A stretch of 64,000 nucleotides of DNA from Mayamaea pseudoterrestris (lineage: Eukaryota): the NCBI GenBank assembly GCA_027923505.1, contig BROI01000006.1:496001-560000 (forward strand), written 5' to 3'. Shown here piece by piece: positions 1 through 11,788 of this stretch. The notes below the pieces were generated by a model. It was not told where the DNA came from, ran no database searches, and worked only from the letters and a program-made list of their open reading frames with translations. Numbering within the stretch: the stretch's first letter is position 1; every line of letters starts with the position of its first letter. The position numbers were made by a program, and so were the translations under genes.

Positions 1-254
1 TTCAGAGTCACAAAGCTTTGATGTTGCTGCTGATTGCTGCTGTTGAAATCTTCATTCAGTAAATCATCCATGGTGACGACGCGAGGAGCCAGCTGCCAGC
101 TCACCAAGCGCACCACGACGCGCCACGCAGCAGACGGCAGGTCTACTTGATCCAATGCGACGACTTTGCCTCGACCATAGACGGTCAGTACCTCGCAGCC
201 CAAGGAGGGCGCTTCGTTCGCCAGAATCTGTGGCTTGTATTTAATCTTGGGCAT
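1..254 (-). CDS. Hypothetical protein, 5' part only (runs off the left edge of the window)
   Basis: ATG at 254 opens a stop-free frame to the edge: MPKIKYKPQILANEAPSLGCEVLTVYGRGKVVALDQVDLPSAAWRVVVRLVSWQLAP.... It is absent from the ORF track because it has no stop. The 'V.T.YG.G.V' segment looks like a small beta-barrel (KOW/SH3-like) motif (inference). Confidence 0.55.
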   Translation of the reverse strand, partial: MPKIKYKPQILANEAPSLGCEVLTVYGRGKVVALDQVDLPSAAWRVVVRLVSWQLAPRVVTMDDLLNEDFNSSNQQQHQSFVTL

Positions 255-943
255 GCTGACTGCGATTGATGATCCCAAGTGGGACGACTGCTAGTAGTCT
301 TTCGTTTCAAGCCGAGGGCTTTTGACACTGCAGCGCTCGCAATAGATAGAGCTGCTATTCTTTTTTCAGGTGCGACGACAAGCTTGCATTCCAAAGCCTG
401 CAGTCAATAATTAGGACGAGGTGCGCGCGGCGCAGAAGGCTTCGATCGGTTATCGATTGATTGATGCAGCCTCACTCGCAATCCGTCGTGATGTCACGAG
501 AATACGGCCCACACAAATTTGGACGCCGGCCGGCCCACATTTTGGTGTCCAATGAAAGGCCTTGGACAAACTGGCTATGGCTCACAGTGTACAATCGAAT
601 TCCATGGGGCTGGCACAACAGTTATCAACGGAAACACAAAATGACTGTCGTTTCGGTACTCATTCAACCGCTTGGAAACGGACGCAACCATCGCCAACGC
701 ACGAGTTCAAATCAGGAGCCCTCTACTTGCCTGAATGGTTGCAACGGGCGAGCAACGCACCCGTCGGTCCTCACTAAAAGTAAATAGAGAAACGAAACGA
801 CTATTATGCGGCCAGAATTCTTCGTAAATGATCGAATGGGGTTTTGCATCATTCCGTTTCATCGTCGCGAGCAACAGCAATCCTTGAAGAGAATCACCAA
901 CCACCTTTATCATACCTCATCTGCATTAGAATACATTTAAATC

Positions 944-3900
944 ATGAGAATGCGACTCGTCAATGGCGTATTTGACCGCTTGTGGCGGTCCTGCGGCTGC
1001 GGCTCGGACATGAGAGAATCCACCTACGCCGCGCAGGAAAAGAGCAACTTTATCGGACTCGCGCCAACCTACAGCAACAGCATTGAAAGTAGCGACATTA
1101 GTAAAGGGAGCAGCAGCAGTAGCAGCAGCAACTACAGCACGGATAGTGGTAGCACCATCACTGGGCCAATGGCTCCCGATGAAATGCTTTGGAACGAAGG
1201 CATGTATGAGAATGGCAGCTTTGACGGCAAGGTGTACCCTCGCAATGTCGTCATATTACCGACGGCTGTCAAATGCAGCGTCACCAATGAGAATAACAGA
1301 CTCGTCAGCAAGTCATACAGCCAGTCTCGCCTGGCGGTTGCTTCCGTTCCTCGAGATTCGCTCCGCACTGGCGACGACGACGACGACGACGACATTCCAG
1401 ACGTGACGGCAAGCGCCACGGCACTCATCCTGGGAGCCATTGACAATCAAGACGCATCTTCCAAAAGTGCAACAGAGAAAAGCGACAATCTTGTTGGCAG
1501 TGACGTTGAATCGGAACCGTTTGACGTCCAGCAGCAAACAGTAAACCAAGCGAACATTGAAACGTCAACATTGAATGGGGCGGAACAAAAGCTCAACGTG
1601 GGCGAGCAAAGCAGTCATGCTAAGCACAAGCGATCGGCGCTGGAACCGGAAGGTTTGGTGGCATGCCCGAATGTGCGCAGCGCCGACTCTGCCGTTTCAA
1701 CCATGTCTGACGACGCCGGCAGTCACGTTGCGATCAAGGCGGCCGCGACGGACGAGACGATGCACATTGGTCAATTGCTAGCTCTCCTGTCTAAATCGTT
1801 GAACGAGACGGAGTTATCAGCAATGGTGAATGCTGATGCTGCGGAAGACCGAATCGCGCACGAGATGGCTGGAATGGACGAAATTATGAATATTGATCAG
1901 CTGCACTTGCGAGCGCCTGTTGCCGTGAAAGAAATTGCAGGCAAAGACGACGCGAACAGCAATGTGGCTGCGATTAACGCAGGCTCACTACCGGTAGTGC
2001 ATGATGGTTCCCTCTCGTCGACAGCATGTGACACGAGTCAGCTCGAACATCGCGAACCGAAGCAGGCGCTGTTACGCAGTGACGTATGGAGGGTGGTGTC
2101 TGACGAGTCGCATTGGGAGGATCTTCAAAATGAACAGCGAGAAAGCATGCAAGAGCATGCGGAGAAGGATGATGAAGTTAGGGATAGTCATGACATCTGC
2201 CTTACCGATTCCGAGCTAACTGATGAGGCTATCGAGTCATTGGCAGCTCGTTCATTTGTTGCTTCCCAGAACTTGAAGGAGCTTGACGGCTTGACAAAGC
2301 CTGAGCACATAGCACATAAGCATCAAGCACCACAAGCGAAAGAGCCATGCGCAGCGACTCACAAGGAGTCGGCATGCACGACAGCCGAGAATGATTCGCG
2401 GCTCGAAAAGATTGTGAAACTGACACGTACTTACTTGCAAAATATGCAAGCGGAAATGGATTCTGTACCCTTCGATGAACTCATGCTGCCTCCAAAACAA
2501 CCAGTGTCTCTATTAAATTCAATTGATGAAGCAGTACTCAATGCAGAGGCTTTACTGACCAAAATTAATTTGGCAGTCGCTGCGCTTCAAATCAAGGAGA
2601 GCGTTGGCCAAACTGATAGACTTGATGGACCTTCGAGCAAACCTTCTGCCATCAATTCTGTATTGCCTATCGGTAGTCGACCTCGGTGCCATGCAAATCA
2701 TCTGCGCACCGGCAGCGTAAAGCGACGGTCATTTCCGTACGAGATTGTTTCGGAGGCACCAATACAAAACCGTGTTAAGCCATCTGAAATAGGTTGCCTT
2801 GTGCAGGACAGAGTTCCCGAGTCAATTGCGATCAATTTTTTTGAAATGGAAGAGGAAATTACTTTTCAAGTAGCGAGTTACGAACTTTCTGACATTGACT
2901 CGAAGATAGACGAGTGTGCAATGAATGTCGACGACAGCGCAGATGGCCGAACAATGAGAAGCGAGTTGTCTATAGTTGAGACATCGAGCAAATCAGCTAA
3001 TAATGACGCAGTGCCAGCTTCGAATGAAGAAACTACTTCTAAGCTCCCAAATCAGAGCAATTCCAAGATCTTATCGGCCGCCATTCCAACGCCTACCGGA
3101 AGTACTATTAACGACTCGCATATTAAGGCAAGCACAATTGATTCATTGAGCGGAACCAACCAGCACGTTTCTACAAAGGATGATCTATTTGATACAAAAT
3201 ATGCTGAGGAGACCAGCGTCGTAGGCTCTGATGATGGTCTTCGAGCAATTGAAGATGAGATGTCGCGTTTAGCAGTTTGTAACATGGACGCTTCGTCAAA
3301 TACACCCGATCACGGCGATTTGACAGCAGCTGATGCCGACATTGAGACTCCAATCGCCGATGATTGTGATTCTACAAATGACGACACCGGTGATCGGCCC
3401 AGAGTAGAATGCGCTATCAAAAGTGACCATGCGTTCATAAGCAAAGTTCCGATTGCGTATTCAAACGTAAATATGGACGGTTCTAAATGCATCAAGGCTT
3501 GCGCCGCATCTATCTTGGTGCCATCATCGAGCGGCGATGAGGAGCATGAACTCGCCTGTTACAACAAAGACACTCCAACTCCTTTAGTATCCGAAACGTG
3601 CTTGACTCCCCCGCCAGACATTAGCGCCAGTACATGCACCGAGATGGGCGAGCACAGTGATGGAAAGGACTGCACAGATAGCTCAATCAACCTTGATAGT
3701 GGTGAGCCTAGCGATGAAAGCAAGCAGGCGTCGCAAGAGTTGCACTCATCAATCGCGGCGAGTTGCAGTGATTTAACTGGACCAGGTGACAGTGATTCTG
3801 CCAGCCAATTTGAACACAATACACCCGCCAGAAAGTTGGAGATTATAATACCAGACGCTACTGATTGCAATACTTATGACCCCGATCCAGTGCTGAGTTG

Positions 3901-4177
3901 TCGCGGTCAAGAAGCGGCACTGTCGTTTGCTTCGAATCTATCTAGTGACGAGACCATTTGCGAGGAAGCGCCTATTATTGCTCCTCCCGCACCGTCACCG
4001 ACTCCCAAACTGGAAACATATTCCTTCATTCAAGGATTTTGGAGAAATCTGGAACAAGTCATTTCACCTCACAGTCAAGCAGCAGCAGCTGCCACGCCAC
4101 AGCCCAAACAAAGTGTGCGCGCAGTGGCAGTTGCGTGTCGGGCATCAACGTTCATTGCTCCAGTGACAAAGCGCTAA
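944..4177 (+). CDS. Large acidic, Ser/Asp/Glu-rich, probably disordered hypothetical protein (1077 aa)
   Basis: Uninterrupted 3.2-kb ORF with ATG start, low-complexity composition and no recognisable domain. Confidence 0.75.
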   Translation: MRMRLVNGVFDRLWRSCGCGSDMRESTYAAQEKSNFIGLAPTYSNSIESSDISKGSSSSSSSNYSTDSGSTITGPMAPDEMLWNEGMYENGSFDGKVYPRNVVILPTAVKCSVTNENNRLVSKSYSQSRLAVASVPRDSLRTGDDDDDDDIPDVTASATALILGAIDNQDASSKSATEKSDNLVGSDVESEPFDVQQQTVNQANIETSTLNGAEQKLNVGEQSSHAKHKRSALEPEGLVACPNVRSADSAVSTMSDDAGSHVAIKAAATDETMHIGQLLALLSKSLNETELSAMVNADAAEDRIAHEMAGMDEIMNIDQLHLRAPVAVKEIAGKDDANSNVAAINAGSLPVVHDGSLSSTACDTSQLEHREPKQALLRSDVWRVVSDESHWEDLQNEQRESMQEHAEKDDEVRDSHDICLTDSELTDEAIESLAARSFVASQNLKELDGLTKPEHIAHKHQAPQAKEPCAATHKESACTTAENDSRLEKIVKLTRTYLQNMQAEMDSVPFDELMLPPKQPVSLLNSIDEAVLNAEALLTKINLAVAALQIKESVGQTDRLDGPSSKPSAINSVLPIGSRPRCHANHLRTGSVKRRSFPYEIVSEAPIQNRVKPSEIGCLVQDRVPESIAINFFEMEEEITFQVASYELSDIDSKIDECAMNVDDSADGRTMRSELSIVETSSKSANNDAVPASNEETTSKLPNQSNSKILSAAIPTPTGSTINDSHIKASTIDSLSGTNQHVSTKDDLFDTKYAEETSVVGSDDGLRAIEDEMSRLAVCNMDASSNTPDHGDLTAADADIETPIADDCDSTNDDTGDRPRVECAIKSDHAFISKVPIAYSNVNMDGSKCIKACAASILVPSSSGDEEHELACYNKDTPTPLVSETCLTPPPDISASTCTEMGEHSDGKDCTDSSINLDSGEPSDESKQASQELHSSIAASCSDLTGPGDSDSASQFEHNTPARKLEIIIPDATDCNTYDPDPVLSCRGQEAALSFASNLSSDETICEEAPIIAPPAPSPTPKLETYSFIQGFWRNLEQVISPHSQAAAAATPQPKQSVRAVAVACRASTFIAPVTKR

Positions 4178-4215
4178 ATGCGGTCTATCGACTGCGTGCT
4201 TTCTATATCCGTGGA

Positions 4216-4265
4216 AATTGCGACCGGTACATCTCCAAATAATTGCGACCGGTACACCTCCAGAT
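4216..4265. repeat. Tandem duplication of a 25-bp unit in the 3' UTR/intergenic region
   Basis: AATTGCGACCGGTACATCTCCAAAT followed directly by AATTGCGACCGGTACACCTCCAGAT (2 mismatches). Confidence 0.85.
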
Positions 4266-4491
4266 ATCCCTTTGTGGTCACCATCTGCACCATGTCTGTC
4301 CGCTAAAGAACATAAACAAATAAGTAATAATTCATTGCATGCATAGGATATAAAGCTGTGATTGCACGATACAGGTATGCACCGATACGCTATGCTCTGG
4401 GAAGGTAGCTAACTTCAGGCTCGGCTCGCTTTGTTTTCAAGATGAAAACCCCGTCAACGGATATGAAGACGAGGCTGCCGGCCTTCGTTCA

Positions 4492-5991
4492 ATGGCGATG
4501 AATGGAGTCGGTTCTGACGATGACGAGCCTTCATTACTCGCTATCAACTTTCGCTTGTCATCTCCCGACATGGTTGCTCCGAATCAGAGCAATGGCATGA
4601 TAAGCAAGGTTTGTAATAGCAGCAACGGTTCATCTCGAGGACGGCAGAAATACACGCAGCCTTCCTCAATGCTTCGCTACGCCAGCTGCTTGGCGCTCCT
4701 CCTCCTTGTCGGTCGACAGTTTTATCCGCTGCGCATACTTCCATCGACAAACCAATTAGCAGACAATCGACAGCGCGAAACATCACTAGTTTTGCAGCAT
4801 GCTAGCGATACAAATACTGCCGCTAGCGGCGGCAGACGGATAAGCAAGTCTGGCAAGAGTCGGACGCAGCCATTGTCAAAGCAGACAAAAAAGACAGCGA
4901 CCATTCGAAGACATCCATCAAATACTCAAAACAGCGCCACTGATTCTAGCAGCATTGCCGCCTGCATGTTAATGAAGGACGACAATCACTGGCTCATCGA
5001 GTGGCTCGCCTTTCACTACCACGTACTGCCGCTCCGCGACTTGATTCTGGTGCGCGACCCCCACAGTCAAACCTCACCCGAGCCAGTGTTGCAAAAGTGG
5101 AGATCTCGCATGAATATTACCGAATGGGATGGAGACAAGGTTGTTCCCGACTTCAAGTGGCAGCAGTATCGTAGCGGCAAGATTGACGACACGCGATTGC
5201 ATCGAGCGCGGCAACAATTCTTTTACGCGGATTGCTTGCGTCACTTTCAAGAGCAAGGCAAGCAATGGATCTTGCTGACGGATACGGATGAGTTTATACA
5301 ACCAAACTTTTATGCACTGCCGAGTGAGGGACGTGTGCCACTGGAAGAATCGGGAAGCGTGTTGCGGACGCTGCATTTGCAGACGAGGTTGCGGCGCCAG
5401 CAAGACAGACCAGTCCCCAAGTGTCTCCATATTCCACGCATTCAAATGGCGTCGCACCAAACGATACATGCGAGCAATGATATTCTACCGTCACTAAACA
5501 CTTCCCATATGCTTACTACATCATGGCTGCATCACAATGGCCACGAAATTATTCAAGTGCCCGGTGCAAATTTGGACGGCAAGAACATTTTGAACGTTGC
5601 CAGCATGGGCCATCGCGAAATTCCGTCGCGAGCACATTCGGTACACATGGTGGTTCCAAAATATTGTCCCGCGACCAATGGCAATCGACTCGAGCACGAA
5701 GACTCGTGGCTGGTGGTTTACCACTACCCGGGAACGTACGAACAGTATACCTATCGCGCGGATCCTCGCGACGCGCTGGCGCACCGACCCAAGCGGTGGG
5801 ACTTGTGGAGGGAAATGGGAGAGCCAAATGCAACATCAATTCGCGATGAAAGCATGGGCATGTGGTTGCCGGGCTTTGTAAAGAGTGTTGGCGAGCAAGA
5901 GGCGGAGAGGTTGTTGGAGCATGTCGGTGTTTTGGAAGAGTTGCCGGAAAAGAAAGATGCGGAATCAGAAGCTGCAGTGAAGGAGTCGTGA
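4492..5991 (+). CDS. Type II membrane GT-A-fold glycosyltransferase-like protein (GT92/GT2-like)
   Basis: N-terminal TM anchor (YASCLALLLLVG) and Ser/Thr stem. Catalytic-like region 'AACMLMKDDNHWLIEWLAFHY', DxD motif 'WILLTDTDEF' and C-terminal 'VYHY'. Confidence 0.65.
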   Translation: MAMNGVGSDDDEPSLLAINFRLSSPDMVAPNQSNGMISKVCNSSNGSSRGRQKYTQPSSMLRYASCLALLLLVGRQFYPLRILPSTNQLADNRQRETSLVLQHASDTNTAASGGRRISKSGKSRTQPLSKQTKKTATIRRHPSNTQNSATDSSSIAACMLMKDDNHWLIEWLAFHYHVLPLRDLILVRDPHSQTSPEPVLQKWRSRMNITEWDGDKVVPDFKWQQYRSGKIDDTRLHRARQQFFYADCLRHFQEQGKQWILLTDTDEFIQPNFYALPSEGRVPLEESGSVLRTLHLQTRLRRQQDRPVPKCLHIPRIQMASHQTIHASNDILPSLNTSHMLTTSWLHHNGHEIIQVPGANLDGKNILNVASMGHREIPSRAHSVHMVVPKYCPATNGNRLEHEDSWLVVYHYPGTYEQYTYRADPRDALAHRPKRWDLWREMGEPNATSIRDESMGMWLPGFVKSVGEQEAERLLEHVGVLEELPEKKDAESEAAVKES

Positions 5992-6311
5992 GGAGCTGTC
6001 TGGAGGAATCATACTTTTTTAGCAAGCGATGCTGCCTAGTCGATTGGAACAATTTCCATTCTTGGTTTTGGCCGGTCATTCTGGACATTCATCGGCAACG
6101 CGACAGGTAGACGAACAATACCTATTCGCGGTTACAAGCACAATAAGGTTCTAAGGAAGGGTTTCCAAGCGCAACCTATATGCGTCTCTGATCGTTTAAA
6201 ATATAAGGCATATAATCAACTGAGTAAAAATTACTTTTAATCGTCAATATATGTTCGTTTACAGGTCTAATCAACCCAGACTCCTCCATTCGCGATCACT
6301 CGCTTAGTTGC

Positions 6312-7266
<955 letters not shown>

Positions 7267-7769
7267 TTACAATATATATGCGTTGAATGCAGTAGTCGAT
7301 GTTGAAACGAAACAAGCCGGAAATCGAAAGCGCCATTGTGTGAAACCAAAGGATGCGCAAGGATGCGGCAAAAAATGTCGCATCGCTACAAAAATGCTCC
7401 GCTAAGGATGAGGTTCGTACCGGTATTCGATTTTTGGCGAGCAGCTTCATTCACCATGGCATGGCGTTGCTTAAAAGATTTGGATGCAAAGCATGTATAC
7501 TCCGTCAGCAGTCACCATGCGCGAACCATCCAAAAAGATGGATACTTTATCAACTTGAGCTGTGCTTATGACAGCATCTAGTATTACAATAGCTTTAACA
7601 ATCAATTCGACAATGGTTTTATTATGCATGGCATTTCCGGCAACGGAGGACAACGCTTAACTCCCGTATAATTAAATGGTCGTATTCCTCTAGCGATGCC
7701 ATAGCATTCCCACCCATCACCGGCATGGAGAATATGATATGGTTCATCATCTATTGCCGCGCTCTTCAT

Positions 7770-9269
7770 TTAACCTTTTCGCACCCGCTTATTCTGTTTC
7801 ACATGCACGACAAAGTCACGTTCGGTCAATGTTGCCGCCGCGTCTTGCGGCGAGTGATGCCTTCGTGACTGCACCAGCTTGGACTGCGCCACGATTGCAT
7901 CATGGTCCGCCAGCTCGGTCCAACGATGCGCCAGTCGCTGACCATGCCGCGAGTTGAAATGCTCGTGACTTAGTCGCGTCCATCCCAAATCCGGATACTC
8001 CCTCACCAATCGCAGCAACTTCGCATCTTCCTGCGGCGTAAAGGGTCGCGACGAGTACGCTGGGTCCAACGATCGGTTCCACTTGTCGGAAACGGCCTTG
8101 GTACTTCGATTTGGAAAATGAGTCGACGTTAAAAACAGTGGCGACGCCGACGATCCTTCCTCACTCTCGTGAGCACCGCCTCGACTATACACTTTCATCA
8201 AAATGCACAATCGTCGCTCCTCCTCATCACTCCACGCTTCATGTTTCAAGTTTGGATTCAGCAAGGACGAGTTGATGCGCGCCAACAAGTGACTCTTTGG
8301 GACTCCCGACAGTATCGTTGCGAAATCGCGCACCATGGTGCCATCCACCACGCACTGCGGACCAGCCGCCGCCAAGTATTTCAGTAAAAACTCATCTTGA
8401 AGCAAGCTCCAGCGAAAGGGCTGCACGGGCCGCAGCTTGGTTTGGTACGCCACCAAACACTCCCAGGGAGTTCGCTGCCGCACGTTGCCGTCAGTCGACA
8501 GTACTTGCGCAATGTCATTCCAGTTTGGATTTGGTTGCAAATGCAGTAGCTCGGACATTTTAATGGCGTCACTCTTGGTGAATGGAGTTTGCGAGCGTTC
8601 CATGCGCAGTCGCTTTGCGCGGAGTCGGCACGAGTCTGGCGATTGATGAATGTCATGAACATCGCGTAGAGTGTTGGATATTTGGTCCCAGTCAATGGAT
8701 GCGCTAGAGGCAGCAGTAGCAACAGCAGTAGAACCAGCAGTGGCAGTAGCAGCAGCAGCAGTTTGAGTATTGTTTCCATCCTTTGTTGTTGTACCGGTAG
8801 CAATATTGGCTGTTTGCATCAAGTTCCACAGAATTTCGGAGTGCGACTTGGACCACGGCGGCTGCGAATGATACAAAAAGGTGGCCTGCTCCAGTTTCCG
8901 TCGGCGCAAAGTGTCACTGTTGGGTTGCGGCTGCGAATGGTCCGGTCCAGTGAAGAACGACTTGTCCCACTTTTTGCGTCGTGGTGCGGCAGTAGCGGCG
9001 AGATTGTTGTCACGCCTGCGGCGGCTCACATGTTCATCTGCCGCTTGTCGCAGTATTAAATCGCGTTGACGACGGTTCGCCAGCTTGTTTCTGGCGATTT
9101 CCTGCAGCTGTGTCAATATAGTTTCCTGCACGTTGCGGTTGGCATGGAGAAGCTCCTGCAGCGACGCTTTCAGTGGCGGCGCCAGTGCTGCCTCCAAATC
9201 ATTGTCTGCTGCATCAACGTGAGGCAACGATTGATTGTTTGCCATGCGTTTCCGTTTTGGGAATGACAT
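7770..9269 (-). CDS. Multi-Myb/SANT repeat protein, SNAPC4 (SNAP190)-like
   Basis: Several Myb-type repeats (PFTKSD...NWNDIAQ...RTPWEC; WSDEEERRL...RSTKAVSDKWNRSLDP; PFTPQEDAKLLRLV...GWTRL...RWTEL) after an N-terminal coiled segment. The SNAPC4 assignment rests on architecture only. Confidence 0.7.
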   Translation of the reverse strand: MSFPKRKRMANNQSLPHVDAADNDLEAALAPPLKASLQELLHANRNVQETILTQLQEIARNKLANRRQRDLILRQAADEHVSRRRRDNNLAATAAPRRKKWDKSFFTGPDHSQPQPNSDTLRRRKLEQATFLYHSQPPWSKSHSEILWNLMQTANIATGTTTKDGNNTQTAAAATATAGSTAVATAASSASIDWDQISNTLRDVHDIHQSPDSCRLRAKRLRMERSQTPFTKSDAIKMSELLHLQPNPNWNDIAQVLSTDGNVRQRTPWECLVAYQTKLRPVQPFRWSLLQDEFLLKYLAAAGPQCVVDGTMVRDFATILSGVPKSHLLARINSSLLNPNLKHEAWSDEEERRLCILMKVYSRGGAHESEEGSSASPLFLTSTHFPNRSTKAVSDKWNRSLDPAYSSRPFTPQEDAKLLRLVREYPDLGWTRLSHEHFNSRHGQRLAHRWTELADHDAIVAQSKLVQSRRHHSPQDAAATLTERDFVVHVKQNKRVRKG

Positions 9270-9543
9270 GATCAATCCACTTTACTTATAATATATGTAG
9301 CTGCTGAAAAGATGTATTTGTTCCCGCAATGGCAGTGGGAGAAAGCAGCAGCAGCTTTGCCATGGTCGATGTTGTGGGTGACTGTCACAAAAGTCGCACC
9401 GGTCTACGTTCGGCCGACGGACGAATCTGTGACAGAATGTCGCACCGATTCACAATCGCGATCTTCCGACATCCACGCTCTCCGCACCCACAAGTCACCA
9501 TGGCGAAAATACATCTCCTCTAGAATGCGCAAAAGTTTGCAAA

Positions 9544-11427
9544 ATGGCAATCATGATACTTTGCAAACCGAGTATTTCATCCTTCTTGAAGAAAAGTACA
9601 AATTTTCGACCGCAGCAGCAACAACGAGACGTCTGCTCATGCTTGCAACGACGAGTGCAGCAGCAGCTTCAACGCAATGTTAGCAGCATTCGAATCACTT
9701 TACGCCATGCTGTAACGACAACGACAAGATCGATTCGTCAATGTTCCGTCCAATTACGGAATTTGACGGAAACAAAAGGACGCTGGAGCAGCGGCAGCGA
9801 GAATATGATAACTGATTGTTCATGCACATCGCCGCCTCAGCTGAACAAATCACGTTATTCATATTCGACTGTTTCAAAAGACTCTTTTCCTCATTCTCAT
9901 GCAAACACTGACTTAGAATCATTGCGTCATTCCGTCCGCATTGTCGAAAATGGAGCGGCCGTTCAAGTTTCCTTTGCGCCACGCAGCAGCAGCAGCACAC
10001 GCAGCAGCAGCAAAAAACACTTGAACAATGACAACGAAACCATGATCATTTCCACCTTTCACGCTCCATGGCTGTGGCACAATGATCCGCGATTTGTGCA
10101 TTCTTCGTCGGGGCAGAGACTGCGATCCATTTGTAGCTACTATGCGGGTGAATATAAGTTGGTGGAGTGTCGCCTGGTGCGCGATTCACCGCACGTTGCG
10201 CCGCCGTTGGGATCCTGGCACGCCTCGGCGGCAGATATATATGGGCAAGGAAAAGGAAGAAATGGAAAAGATAAAGTAGAAGAAGAAGACCATGAGCTGG
10301 ACCAAGACAATGACAATTTCCTGCAAGTTACATGGCAGAATGCTCTTACAAACGAGAAAATGCAGTCGCACTACTGCATGGCCTGGCTGTGGCAGTGTCG
10401 CTACGATGACGCGGCGCTGCAGCAGCGGCGAGACGCCACCATTGTTTCGCCCAGCCAAGCCATTAGTAGCAGCAAGGCGCCCAAAACGTTTGACTATGCA
10501 AATGTAGTAGCTACAGACGAAGGAATTTTCCAACTGCTGCATGCAATATTGGAGGACGGTGCCGCCTTGGTGCGCAACGCACCAAAGTCACTCGAAGATG
10601 AACCAGCCGGCGCCGCTACATTCACCGTCAAAAAACTGGCGCAGTCACTCGCCGGAGATACATCGCACGGACACTTGTACGGCGACATTTTTCACGTCGT
10701 CACCAAGCGCAACGCCGAAAACATTGCCTACACGAGCCACGCGCTCGTGCCGCACCAGGATTTGGCCTACTACGAGTCGCAGCCTGGACTGCAGCTACTG
10801 CACTGCGTGTGTAACGATGCGAACACTGTCATTGGCGGTGCGTCAACCTTGGTGGATGTCATGGCGGCGGCGACGGAGCTGCAAACGCTGGCGCCAGACT
10901 TGTTTGACGTTTTGAAACGTGTGGAAGCAACCTTTATCAAGCAGCGGCATGACGCCGACATGGTCTTTCGTGGTCCCTGCGTTACGGTCGACTCGTCGCA
11001 TCAAGTCACTGGTGTGCGATGGAGTCCGCCCTTTGAGGGCCCGGTGTGTACGAACCGCGTCGAGGCATATTTCATGGCCAAGGCTGCCTTAGAGTTGATG
11101 GTGGACAATGCCTTGCCGAACGACAATCTTGTTGGATTGGATTATGAATTGCAAAAAGCGCTGCGCCAGTATGCAAATGACTATACGTGGGAGTATCGCT
11201 TGCAGCCCGGTGACGTGCTGGTCTTCAACAATCAACGCATGCTGCATGGCCGACGCGAATTTTCGTTGACGGAGAATGCGCAGGACGGTGATCGACACTT
11301 AATTGGATGCTACACCAACATGGAAGAGACGTTGAATCAGTATCGACTACTGCGGCGCAATCGACTGACAAAGGATCCTTCATTGCTGATTCACCGTAAT
11401 GCTGGAAACAATAGTGGTGGCGATTGA
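9544..11427 (+). CDS. Fe(II)/2-oxoglutarate dioxygenase, TauD family (gamma-butyrobetaine/trimethyllysine hydroxylase-like), probably mitochondrial
   Basis: NIAYT..LVPHQDLAYYESQPGLQLLHC (HxD) and FNNQRMLHGR (distal His plus 2OG-binding Arg). The N-terminus is Arg/Ser/Thr-rich and acid-poor. Confidence 0.85.
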   Translation: MAIMILCKPSISSFLKKSTNFRPQQQQRDVCSCLQRRVQQQLQRNVSSIRITLRHAVTTTTRSIRQCSVQLRNLTETKGRWSSGSENMITDCSCTSPPQLNKSRYSYSTVSKDSFPHSHANTDLESLRHSVRIVENGAAVQVSFAPRSSSSTRSSSKKHLNNDNETMIISTFHAPWLWHNDPRFVHSSSGQRLRSICSYYAGEYKLVECRLVRDSPHVAPPLGSWHASAADIYGQGKGRNGKDKVEEEDHELDQDNDNFLQVTWQNALTNEKMQSHYCMAWLWQCRYDDAALQQRRDATIVSPSQAISSSKAPKTFDYANVVATDEGIFQLLHAILEDGAALVRNAPKSLEDEPAGAATFTVKKLAQSLAGDTSHGHLYGDIFHVVTKRNAENIAYTSHALVPHQDLAYYESQPGLQLLHCVCNDANTVIGGASTLVDVMAAATELQTLAPDLFDVLKRVEATFIKQRHDADMVFRGPCVTVDSSHQVTGVRWSPPFEGPVCTNRVEAYFMAKAALELMVDNALPNDNLVGLDYELQKALRQYANDYTWEYRLQPGDVLVFNNQRMLHGRREFSLTENAQDGDRHLIGCYTNMEETLNQYRLLRRNRLTKDPSLLIHRNAGNNSGGD

Positions 11428-11788
11428 GGTTGCTGGTGACGACTGTGGTGGCTTGTTTTTGCGCGAGTGATTACTGCTATGTCGTGTACACACAAACATG
11501 AAACAAACATCTGCTGTTTTCGCGAATTGAAAGGCGTGCCCTTATTCGAAGCTTGGTAACGACTCGTTCTCGATTCGTTTGCAGGAGCACCGGATCACTT
11601 CAGATGGCAAATTTTGCCCACGCCCACGGAGACGTAAAGATTACAAAGTTCCTTTTCGGGCAAGCTATCTATTGATATGAACATCTAACGTTTTAAAGTG
11701 TATTTCTATGTAATTTTTGATCTATTTTACTTCCGTTCCTTACAAGAGTTGCATTCGCCGCTGTTGTACAAACGTCCTAAGAGCCTCT

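Noticed and set aside
4216..4265. Direct repeat as a possible CRISPR array or transposon end
   Set aside because: Only two adjacent copies with no spacer, no cas or transposase gene, and a eukaryotic context; it is a simple tandem duplication.
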